The notes under the pieces are model-generated. The model saw nothing but the letters and a program-made list of their open reading frames with translations, had not been told where the DNA came from and did no database searches. From Anthoceros angustus (taxonomy: Eukaryota; Plantae; Anthocerotophyta): 64,000 nucleotides of DNA. Where the stretch lies: assembly GCA_010909165.1 (NCBI GenBank), contig MU008159.1:434001-498000 (forward strand). The letters are read 5' to 3'. A program made the translations under genes and the position numbers. Each line of letters begins with the position of its first letter. The stretch's first letter is position 1. Below are positions 12,401-23,409 of this stretch, piece by piece.

Positions 12401-13880
12401 GGGATGGAGCTGGAGCGCAGTATCAACCCCGGTCATGCTTGCTCATGACCCGCAGATGTTGTCTCTCAATAGGCACGGTGGCGCAGACAATTTTCCCATC
12501 CGAGTTGGAATTTGGCCATCCTGCAGACACCCGAGATGCACCTCAAATTAGCAATAGGAGTAGAGATCCACTGGGGCCCATCGTCGACCACGAGAGTTCC
12601 ACATTCAAATGGGCACGCTCAGGGGACTCCACCCCTAGGAGCCCGGCCGACGCTTGGGAGCGCAACCCTTAGTAGCCCAACCCTTGGAGGCCGAACCCTT
12701 GAGCCCGACCCTTGGAACCTAAGCCCGACTCGTGTTACATGTCTCACGAAGGCCGACCCCCTATTGGCCCGCCGCATGGAATAAGTAAAAAGCATCGCCG
12801 AGTCTAAATCTGGAGCTAGGTGTATGCGTGGATTGCCACACTCTTGTGTGTACTCTTTTGAGAGTAATTAATTGAGCATCAAAGTGGTTAGTACATGGCC
12901 CGCTACTTGGAGGCCTAGTGTCGTGTTTTGTAATAATCTTGTTATTTATAAAATAAAGTTCCACTCCATAACAAAACAACACAAAAAAGTTTCTTCTATT
13001 TTATGAGATTCCTCAAGTTCCTTGGGTCCGGAGTGTATTGACGAGAACCTAAGCCGTGTGTTGCTTGCAACGTATGATATAGTAAGTATCTACGCTTTGA
13101 GGAGATATTATGCTATAGTTAGGCTGTCTAACGAGCTGATGTTGTGGGTACAATTAGCCCTTGTCGTCTTCTTTAACTCATCTTCCTAAGAAAGAGAAAA
13201 ACAATTACAGACTTTCTAAGCACGTGGTGCGCACAAGGCAGACCAAGAAGAGGATCAGCGCATTAAAATTTTAGTCTTCAGCGAAGGATAGGAGAAACTC
13301 TTTATGGAGGAAAGCAAGTAAGGATTCCATACTTTGAGACAAGTGTGAGGCAGCAGAATTCGGTTTAAAGATAGGACAAAATGTAGAACCATTTCGCCCT
13401 TGATTTCCAGGAAAATCTGTCCCGTAAGTGCCTGATTGCGAGTTGTGTGTCGAAACAGCGTCACTTGCAAATCTCCTAAGGTAACAATGGGTTCGTCATA
13501 GACCTCACTAATCAAAAATCGCCGCGAGGCTTCCTCTGCTTGATTGCCTTGGCTGTAAGGTTGCTCACAGCCCTCTGATGTTTGTGAATTCCTTCTATCC
13601 TATGATACCCTAAACCTGTTCCGTATGGCAGGGTAATCTAGAGGTGTAGAAGGCTAATTGCGCCGTGGAACACACTGAGCAGGAGTTCTGTTTAATGAAG
13701 ATGATCGTGATAGTCGGCCAGTGCGCCTTAGACGATCCCTCTCTCTGATATAGCTATCGTGATGAGATTAAAGAAGCTCCTGTTTGCAGGCACCGATTCC
13801 TATTGCGGCGAGTCATTTTCCACCGTAGGGAGTGTCTGCATGTCTCTCTTAGCAATGCAGCGAAAGATAGATGATACCTT

Positions 13881-14044
13881 GCTATGATACCATGACAATA
13901 TTACTTAGAGAGAACAACAAACTTGAATAATAAATAATGATTACAAAGAGTTGGTCTTAAATACTAAACCCTAAGTAATATATTTAACCCTAGTTTAAGT
14001 AACCTAGTGACCGTGGTTACTATAATAAACTATGGAGTTTAACA
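13881..14044 (-). mobile_element. Short LTR with degenerate tRNA-Met(i) PBS (LTR retroelement remnant)
   Basis: GCTATGATACCA at 13881-13892 is the reverse complement of a TGGTATCA(T)AGC PBS. It is followed by a ~150-bp TG…AACA segment. A second reverse PBS, GCTCTGATACCA, is at 14939-14950. Confidence 0.5.
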
Positions 14045-14540
14045 CTTTGCCGAGAAGCCGGCCAGCTTTCTAGTCGTCCTCCAAGACTGGCTCGAGTTTG
14101 CACAGAGCCGCTCAAGGTCATAAATATAGCAGGATGCAAGCGAGTCACCTCTTCATTCCACTTGCACTAGAAACGTATGGGGCAATGGCTGAGGACTTTG
14201 ACAAATTTGTCAAGTCCTGCCAAAGCTTACCATGAGACATCTTGGTCTGTCCCTCTCGATTCACAACATACTTCCGACATCGGGTTTCAATTGCCCTTCA
14301 ACGGGCGCTCTCAACGGCGATCCTCCATAAGGCGGCGACAGTAGGTGACACATCTTCCTCTACCTCCGTGGTTCGCAGGCCGTTTATTCTTCCCGCATAT
14401 GACATTGAGGGTGCAGTAGGTGACTTTAGGTAGGGAGCTCAGTTGCTCCTCTTCACCTCGACCCCCTGGTCCCCTTTGGTTGTCCCCTCCTAGATGGGCT
14501 TTTCCCATCGTTTTTTTTCCTCAATAAAATCTCCTTTTTT
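14045..14540 (+). mobile_element. 3' end of an RLE-type (CRE-like) non-LTR retrotransposon
   Basis: KYSRMQASHLFIPLALETYGAMAEDFDKF…YFRHRVSIALQRALSTAILHK resembles the C-terminal restriction-like endonuclease end (PLAxETxG…RxSxALQR). AATAAA lies downstream. Confidence 0.6.
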
Positions 14541-15302
14541 TGCTATCTATTGAATTAGTCCTTGGTCCTTGACAAGCAATACCATTTGCAATCTATTTAA
14601 TTAGTCCTTGGTCCTTGACAAACAAGGCCATTTAATATCTATTTAATTCGTCTTGCCAAAATTGCTTAAGCATCATTGAGAAAATCTGCTTCTTCTTTTC
14701 AGCCCAGGGCTTGCTAAGAGGGGGTGGAACCCACATAGGGCATTGCTGGAGCACTCTGTCCATGCTCCTATGCACACTGATGATCAACGCTTTAGGCGCC
14801 GAAGAGCTTCTCCCAAGGATCTTAGTGCTCTATGGATTTCTAGAAAGGGCTGCCGTTGGCTCTTCTGGGCTTTAGCATACTGGGTCTGTAGTGAACATAA
14901 ATGAGGCGCGGAAGTGAAATCGAAAGGCAGGCATGCCTGCTCTGATACCATAATGTGGTATTAGTCTGGCATCATTAGATCGCTTGGAGTGCAGAGACTG
15001 ACGGACGAACATGGCGCTTCCGAGAGCATTCACGAGATGTGTGTATTAGTGACTCACAAGGATAGGGGAACATGAAGTGTGTGTCAAAATAACCGTTTTG
15101 TAACCTAATTAGAGTTTGGTATGAAACCACGAAAGTAATCCAATACGCAACATTGTTTTGGATTCTAGTAGAGCACATTCGGAGGGGGTTCGCAACATTG
15201 TTTTGGATGAGCAAGGCGCATTGGGATCACATCATTGTTTTGGATGAGCAAGGCGCATTCGGAACGATACGAGTACATAGCGCTTTTTGTTGTGATGCAT
15301 GT

Positions 15303-15506
15303 ATACCTTTCTCGGCCATTTGGTTAAAGATCAAGACTTAGTCTTAGTGTGGAATCTTGTTCTTTATCGGTTTGATATCTTTCGTATACGTGAGTCATGA
15401 TATTAATCTAAATTCTTTTTGGGGTGGGGTCACATGAGGTAGCTTGCTACCTCGTCCCCACACACATAGCCTTGGTATTGCACTACATCCATTGCCTCGC
15501 GCAGCC
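15303..15506 (+). pseudogene. U2: Divergent U2 snRNA copy (probable pseudogene)
   Basis: 5' end ATACCTTTCTCGGCCATTTGGTTAAAGATCAAG and 3' GGTATTGCACTAC loop IV. The branch-point recognition sequence is altered (GTGGAA), with a ~10-nt palindromic insertion before it. Confidence 0.8.
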
Positions 15507-15789
15507 CGCCTCCCCTCCGGGAGACCCAATTAAAAGCCAAAATGGATGTAGGCCTAGCTAACATAAGGCGATGCAGGTTCGATGCTGTAATTATCTACGC
15601 TCTGTAATTATCTATGCACCGTTAGGCAAAGGGAAGTGTAAGATGTGGCCAGCACCAAAGGAGGAATTGCCCCAGGCCTTGATGCATTCCTGAACACAAG
15701 AAATCCACACTGCTGATCAGGCTGGACATTCAGGCCATAGTCACAGATCTGCTACAGGCAGCTTGCTTCTACAAATCAGAGGTGTTGCA

Positions 15790-16716
15790 TCTCAATTTCC
15801 ACGAGGCCTCATTGAGAAACTGTTGTTCGTACTCAAGGGAGTCTTCATTATTGCTCTTCTTGATGGCTACCGTTGTGCCATCAGCGAGCTGGCCAGAATA
15901 GACTGTGCCGAATCCGCCGACTCTAATCTGGGCCGACTCGATCCGAAAAGTTGGAGGTGGCTGTACGGAGTTTCCGAAGAGGCATCACCGTCACAATTTC
16001 CCTCTCCAGCAGAGTGGCAATCAAGCCCGCATCTTGCTGATTAGAATATACTCTCCATCTCCAGACGATCCAAACGAGGAGCAAACAACTGCCCGTGCAA
16101 ACCAATACAGCGGCAGTTGCAACCACAATTGTCACAAATTACCATACCCGGTCCTAATGAGAGGTCCGCCGCAGAGCCCCGAAGTGTCGGCCCACAAGCT
16201 TGCGGCATGGATAGCCGGCGGCAGGTCATGCGGAATGGGTCCTGAGAGATGGTTGCGGGACAAACTGGCGAATGCAAGCCCCTCCGAATTGGGGATGCCA
16301 TTGTTGAAGTCCAGGAAGTTACGTGACCGGTCCAGGCCGGTCATGCATTTCGACACATTGTGCACTTCCTCGGCGAAGACTCCTTCCATTTCATTCTGAG
16401 CAACAGGCAAAGCCACCACCCCTCGCCGCCCCTCCGAGCTCGGGATCTCGTCCGTATGATTGATGAAGGCGGTTCCGGATAAATCCAGCAATGTCAGCCC
16501 AGTCCAAAGCGCAAGCTCATCAGCATAAATTGACATGCCGGAGTCCAGCCTATGTTTCTTTTCTTCCAAAAACTTCGACAGGACCTGTCCATCGCGGGAG
16601 AGCCCAGCACCGACGTTGCTACAGAGGAGCAAATTGATGACGAGTAACACGCATATCCACATTGTCAAGCATGCACCACCCCCACCAAATCTGAATGCAC
16701 GAGTCCCCCTAGACAT
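15790..16716 (-). pseudogene. Collapsed LRR receptor-like kinase fragment
   Basis: Signal-like MWICVLLVINLLLCS, LRRs (LTLLDLSG, LSRNHLSGPIP), GLCGGPL cap, TM (TIVVATAAVLVCTGSCLLLVWIVWRWR), LRTATSNFS and kinase start GTVYSGQLADGTTVAIKK…FLNE. Stops are present and the rest of the kinase is missing. Confidence 0.75.
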
Positions 16717-17252
16717 CGTAACCTGCTCTGCAAACGCCCTCACAACTAAGTGCAAACCTGCTCTGCAAAGGCCCTCACAACAAAGTGCAAATCAAAATTA
16801 ACCGCAACTTCTTATCTGACGAGTAACCACAATTTGAGGACACCCGCTCCCTCCGCAGGTCTTTGCTCACAGGTTGTGCTCTGCAGTGCTATGCAGTCAC
16901 AGATCTCCAGCCAAGCTTGTCTAGTTTCATTTCACTCCTCGGTTTTCGCAGCTTTCCTACGAATCCCAGGCCTGCGGAACCGCACGGCCATGGCAACCAT
17001 GGCCTTGATCCTCATCCGATTACAAATTAGGCCACCGACCTTTGCTCCAAATGAATGAAGTCCTACAATACCATGACTGCGAACCGTAACAGTAAATTTG
17101 AAGTTCGGGAGGCCTTGATGATATTGCATTACTGCATGCGCGTGCTTGACATGACTGTGTGATGCATTGTGATGAAGAATGTGTTGGAGGAAATGGTATG
17201 GGGTACCAACTTATTGAGTTTGAGTATAATTTAACTTATACAAAGTGATCTA

Positions 17253-17324
17253 GGGCATTTGGTCTAGTGGTATGATTCTCGCTTCGGGTGCGAGAGGTCG
17301 TGAGTTCGATTCTCGCAATGCCCC
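17253..17324 (+). tRNA. trnP: tRNA-Pro(CGG)
   Basis: 72-nt cloverleaf GGGCATT…AATGCCC C with anticodon arm CTCGC-TTCGGGT-GCGAG. A and B boxes intact; typical plant tRNA-Pro sequence. Confidence 0.95.
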
Positions 17325-17499
17325 AATCTGATATAACTATCGTGTATTTTCCCATTTTATATCCCAAATTGAACCTTTCGAAGCCAAATGCAAAGGAACA
17401 CTGTCGCTTCGCGGATGTTAGTCGTCTCTCTGGTTTTGTCATAATCTATCACTTTATATCCCAGACCAAACCTTTCAAAGCCGAATCAAGGAATACTTC

Positions 17500-17710
17500 T
17501 GCTTCGCGGCTTAGTCGTTTCTGTGTGGTTTTGTCAAAATCTAACCATTCTTAGCTAACCTTCCATCGCCAGCTGGTTTTGTTGTTGGTTTGTGAGTGAG
17601 TTCATGCTTCGCGGCTTAGTCGTTTCTGTGTGGTTTTGTCAAAATCTAACCATTCTTAGCTAACCTTCCATCGCCAGCTGGTTTTGTTGTTGGTTTGTGA
17701 GTGAGTTCAT
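17500..17710 (+). repeat. Exact ~105-bp tandem duplication
   Basis: TGCTTCGCGGCTTAGTCG…GTGAGTGAGTTCA occurs twice back to back. Confidence 0.9.
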
Positions 17711-17751
17711 CACGCGCGCATACTGGGAGGACGTCGCCCGGGCCACTGACC

Positions 17752-18766
17752 TGTTCAGAGTGAAGACCCTGGTACAGGGTTTAGCATAACTCGCTTACGT
17801 ATATGCACGCGTTAGGATTAGTTATGTTAGGGCAGTTATAGCGAAGGGTCGTGTGTGCTTAGGGGCAACATGTGAAGACCATAAAAACACAGTTTTGTAT
17901 TCACTTTTTGATATGATGAGAAACATTTGTCGATAGCAAGTGTGTGTTGCTCTCTCCACATTTTACATATGGTATCAGAGCTTGTTATGCTCCGCCCATT
18001 CCTCAGGCCATGATGCCTGGACGAGGAGGCTCTCGTGTAGGGAGACGCCTAAGGGATAGTAGGAGAAACAGTCGTGGAGGAAATTTCCAGCGATTGCAGA
18101 ATAATCTTCCTGGCTGCCCTGGACAACGTCCTAGACCTGTACGAAGCCAACTATCCAGACATCTGGCTTAGACATTTTGTAGATACACATTCAGGTAGTG
18201 CAGCTGGTAGAGCTAGAGCAGCAAGCAGGCAGGAACGTAATTCTAGAATACATTCCTTATACCGTACACGCTGCCTAAGTAGAAACCACAATCTTGATTT
18301 GTTCTACAAGCCACCTTCTAGGCAGATTCCTCCCGAGCTATTTCTTCCAGGATCTTCTGGCCCAGCAGCTCCCCTAGTTCCCATAGCAGACAATCCCTTG
18401 TTTGCACTAATCAAAATTCAGGATCAGGGGCACTCTTCATCAAGCCAGAATTTTGAAAAGAGAATCGAGAGTACTTTGCAGAAGGCGCTGTCAAATCAAC
18501 TTATCTTGAGGGATGGAGTAGCCCGCGCCCAATTCACTCAACAAGGCAATTGCAAGGATTTCAGAATCGCTCCAGGAGATGGATCTTGGCCAGGGCTTCT
18601 CATCGGAATCTTCTCCCTCCAGGAGAGATTCCATCATGTGACCAGACTTCCGGTGGAGAGGCGGGTGAGACCGGCGGGAAGCGGTGGTGACCTTTGGTGC
18701 AGACAGCAGGCGAAGCCACCGCATCTCTTGAACTTGTGTCTTCTTGCTATTGATTGGTCCAACTAA
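17752..18766 (+). mobile_element. LTR, tRNA-Met(i) PBS and truncated internal region of an LTR retrotransposon
   Basis: TG…TTTTACA (~17752-17967) followed by TGGTATCAGAGC at 17970-17981. The downstream ORF 18074-18766 was not recognised. Confidence 0.55.
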
Positions 18767-19228
18767 CCCGCTAACCTGTCGTTTCACATGAAAGGGACGC
18801 GTTAGTTAGGAAACCCTAAAAAAAAATTGAAACGTTGCATGAGATTTTTTGCTAACCTACTGATTTGTATCAGGAAGGTCAATGAGGGAGGAATCCTGTT
18901 AGAGGTCAAACAACCTTGTTTGCCCCCACCAAGCTGTCTCCCCTATCGAACCCCCTGAACACAAGTCGTCAGTCCTAAGCATTCTCATGAACATATAAAT
19001 AATTGAACGCAGCAACTGGCATCCTAACTTAGCTGTTTTTATACTCTGCCCATAGTAAAGAGATAATCTCAGCAGAGTTCGTATGTCCAGGTTTGCCTTT
19101 GATGATAGTGATCATAGTAGCGGTCACGCATCTCAGTTTTCTGGAGAGGAGAGCAAAGGTGAGGTTGATATAGCAGCTTGCTTCCGCTTCTGGCAGTCCT
19201 CATCGCCACGAACACCTCAAACGGCATA

Positions 19229-22200
19229 ATGGCAACCCCATCCTTCACGTCTAATCTCAAAGAAAAAGATAGGTTTAATGGCACTAAGTACCCAGTCTGG
19301 AGAGTGCGCATGAAAGCCATCCTGATTGCACGTGGTTGCTGGAGTGTTGTGGATGGTTCCTTTCCAGAACCAGATCCCACAACGGGATCACAAGCTGACA
19401 AAGAAAGGTGGGCTGCCTGCAACGAAGTTGCTGTTGCAGTTCTCATCAATGCCCACCTTATCCCCTTCTTTCATTCGTAGAGAGTAGTACTCCTGCCAGA
19501 CAACGCATTTAGTCATAATGTTAATGACTTGATATGTCTTCTCGAGCTGATTCCAGATTTGGATGCCCTGTGTCAGGTACTCAACATCGGGGACGAGGTC
19601 CGTGGCTTTTACCAGCAAATTCCGTCACCTCCGATCACAGCTTGCCTCCTTCAACATCAAGATTGAGGAGGAGCCGTGGTTCGGTTGTTGAGCAGCTTGC
19701 CAGCTACTCTTCAACAATTCGTCAGCTCCTATAATGGACCACTGAACGCCTCCCAAGCTGCTGTTGCCACCGGAACTGCAAGTACGGTGACAGTTGATGA
19801 CATTGTCGCTGCCCTACATCAGGAGGAATAGAGCCGGCTGTTCTCTATTAGTGGATCCAAGCCAAAGGCCGAAAAAGTCTTGGCGGCTCAGTTCAAGCCA
19901 AACAAATAGAAAGGCAAGACTCACTCTCCAAACCATAGTGGGTCTGGGCTATCTTCTCCTACAAAGAAGTTTGGAAATTGCAACTGGTGCGGAATCCCTG
20001 GACACTGGGCTCGAGACTGTCGTAAGAAGAAGGCAGGTGAACCACAGAAGAAGGCTTCCACCAGTGTTGCTGTTAAGGACAAGGGCTCGAATGAAAATTC
20101 GATGTCTGCAGATAGCAAAGGAACAGTTAGAATATACACAATTTGCCTCTCTAATTCAAAGCACGATAGGGACAGTTGGTACTTGGATTCAGGTGCAATT
20201 GCCCACATCTGCAAGGACAGAGATTTGTTCTCGTACCTGGATACCTCACCTCTTGAAAAGGTGTTGCTTGGAGCGAGAAAAATGAGGCAGTGCCTTGCAT
20301 TGAAGGGCAGGGTAAATGCACCTTCATCTTACATGACAGAACTGACCTGGTTTTGGAAGATGTTTTGTATGTGCCAAGGATGGCCAAGAATCTTGTGTCC
20401 TTGAGTGGTTTGCTTAGCATGAGAGCATATAGTATGTTTGCAGACAAGAGTTCATGTTCTTTCTATACCACTGCTGTTCCACACAGACTAGTGTTTAGAG
20501 GCATTCCAGACAGTGACCTGTACCGCCTGGATATCCATTGTAAGCTTGCACCTGTTACATTGTCAACAACTCCAGGTCAGATGGACTCCAAATTTTTAGC
20601 TTCTCTTTGGCACGCCAGGCTTGGTCACGCCAACAGGGCTAAGCTAATCGATATGTCAGCTACGGACTGCTATAGAGAGCCCTTACCTCAGTGCTTCAAG
20701 GACTTGCCTATTTGTGAGGCTTGTATCCTAGCAAAGCAGAAGGAGCAGCCATTTCCCACTACCCCTGCACACAGAGCCAGTCACGTCCTTGAGTTAATAC
20801 ATGCGGATATCTCAGGAAAAATCCACGAGCCATCACTAGGAGGTTCTCGTTATTACCTTTCCCTCACAGATGACTTCAGTCGATATTTCTGGACCTTCCC
20901 CATGCAGCTCAAGAGTGATACTTATGGCTCCGCACGGACAATGGCACTGAATTTGTGAATGCCCAGTTTGATTCTTATCTGCAGGAGCATGGAATTCAGC
21001 GTCAGTTGACAGTTTCTTATACTCCTCAACACAACGGAGTTGCTGAGCGGAAAAATCAGACATTGCTCGGTATGACTCGCAGCATGCTCCTCTGGGCTGG
21101 ACTTCCTCAAGGATACTGGGCAGAGGCAGTTGTCGCTGCTACTTACATTCTGAATCGGGTGTACACAAGTGCTGTCAAGGGCTAGACCCCCTATGAGGTA
21201 TTCTGGCAGCGTAAGCCTAGCATTCTCCACCTCCGAGTCTTCGGCTCTCGAGCTTTTGCTTATATCCATGCCAAAAAGAGGAGGAAATTGGACAATAGGG
21301 CTCAGGGTCTTATTTTCGTTGGATATAGTGAGAATGTGAAAGCATACAAGCTGTATGACAAGCACAGGCATTCCATAATTCTGGCGCGGAGTGTTACCTT
21401 TTTGGAGCCTCATGCCCCTGTCGGTGAGCCAACTTCCGAGGGAGTCATTGCAGTTACAGAGGGAGCCGATGATGATGCAGACCCAGATGAGCTTGATTCT
21501 ACGTATGCACATGTCGACTACCCTCAGGATGATGCTGATGCTGCCCCTGCCAATGATCCTCCACCTGTACCTGCTAATCAAGAACAACCTATTGGATTAG
21601 GACAGGCTAATGATCATCAAGCAGCACCCTTTGAGCAGGCACCCCTGGCTGATTTTGACATGCACCAGGATGAGCATTTTGATGATCTCTTTAATGAAAA
21701 TGAAGGGCATGGTTTTGAGGACATACCTGAACATGCCAAACCTGCACCTGGAGATGATGAGGAGGCACCTGGTCCACCAGAACAAGAGCTTAGATGCTCC
21801 ACACGGCACAGGCCAGCTAGGTCAGAGTGGAAGGAGCCCCCATATCAGTCAATAGACTTCAGGCACACATCCTCAGCAGTCACAGTTCCCTTACCTGATG
21901 AACCTAAAACTCTGTTGCAACATGGTCAGAATGGTCCAGAATTTGCACAATGGCGTGTAGCAGTCGAGGATGAATATCAGTCCTTGATTAAAAATAAGAC
22001 CTAGACACTTGTAGACCTCCCACCTGGAAGGAAGCCCATCTCATGTAAGTGGGTCTTCAAGTTAAAGTTGAACGCTAAAGGTGAAGTAGCTAGGTTCAAG
22101 GCACGACTTGTGGCAAGAGGATTCACGCAAGTTGAGGGGTTGGATTACCGAGGAGACCTTCTCTCACGTGGTTCGGCCGATCCATTCGTTGTATGATCCA

Positions 22201-23400
22201 CGGCACTTGCTACACGATTTGACCTGGACCTGGAGCAAATGGACGTGTGCACAGCCTTCCTCTATGGGGCCTTGGACGAAGACCTGTACATGGAGCAACC
22301 GGAGGCATATGTTGATCAGAAGCATCCGCACAAGGTGTTAAAGCTGCTCAAGTGCATTAAGCAGAGTGGAAGAGTCTGGTACATTACTATACATGTGTCT
22401 GCTAAGGATCAACTTCGTCCAAAGTACTGCAGACACAAACGTGTATAGACTTACCAGGGGAGCAGAGTACGTGATCCTGGCCCTTTACGTGGACGATGTC
22501 ATCCTGGCTACTAACAGCCAGCCCTTGCTCTCAAAAGTTAAGTCTATATTGAGTAGCAAATTTGAAATGAAAGACATAGGTGCACTTAGGTTTTGCTTGG
22601 GAATTGATTATCCATGACGACTGTGGTGATGGTGATCCACCAGCTTAAGTATATCAATGAAATCCTACGACAGTTCAAACTAGAAGGCTGAGCCGGCTAC
22701 TACACGGTTGGAGTCAAGCTTACTAGCCTCATGTGTCATGAGTGCTCAAGACAAAAAGGATATGGAAAGTATACCCTACACGCATGCTGGGGGGAGCCTT
22801 ATCTTGTCGCCGGACAAGACACACGTGCAATATACGGCTGCGATGTCTCGTTCTGGAGAATCAGGCGAGGCACCTTTGGTGGCCGTAAAACGAATCTTCA
22901 GGTATCTTAAAGGTACCATGCACCTTGGGATAATCTACAGGAGCAATGGGCAGGACAAACTTATCTTGTCGGTGTTCACAGATGCCGGTTGGGCTTCAGA
23001 TTCGAACTCCGCAAACTGTTCATATTGTTTTTGTTAGCGTCGGCCAGTCTGAGCAAAAGCGACGTCCATATCACTCTCCTCGGCGAGTACAAGTCTCTTA
23101 CGGAAGCCACAAAGGAGGCTGAGTGGGAGAGGCGGTTCTTACATGATCTCGGGCAGGAGCAAGTTGAGCCGACCCCGATTTCCTGTGACAACATGTCTGC
23201 CTTGGCCTTGGTTGCTAACCCTCGTTTCCATGCAAGAACAAAGCACATAGAGATTCAGCACCACTATATCCGTGATGCTGTGGACAGAGGGGTTACCAAG
23301 GTAGGTTTTGTTGGGACAGAAGACAACACTACTAACATCCTGACGAAGGCCCTGCCGAAGCACAAGCACTATCAACATATGGAGGGCTTAGGTATTGGTG
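19229..23400 (+). mobile_element. Ty1/Copia gag-pol (degenerate)
   Basis: FNGTKYPVWRVRMKAIL gag start, CNWCGIPGHWARDC knuckle, WYLDSGAIAHIC protease, LWHARLGH and LELIHADISG integrase, [10 protein letters not shown] and LALYVDD RT, CDNMSALAL…RTKHIEIQHHYIRD RNase H. Confidence 0.95.
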
Positions 23401-23409
23401 ACTTCTCAG

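Larger units (their letters stand above)
1..13397 (+). repeat. Three imperfect copies of a ~3.6 kb composite repeat unit (probably a decayed TE)
   Basis: 235-1580 matches 12035-13397, and 1707-3960 matches 9812-12040. 3960-4309 plus 7894-8236 match 12040-12722. Confidence 0.85.
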
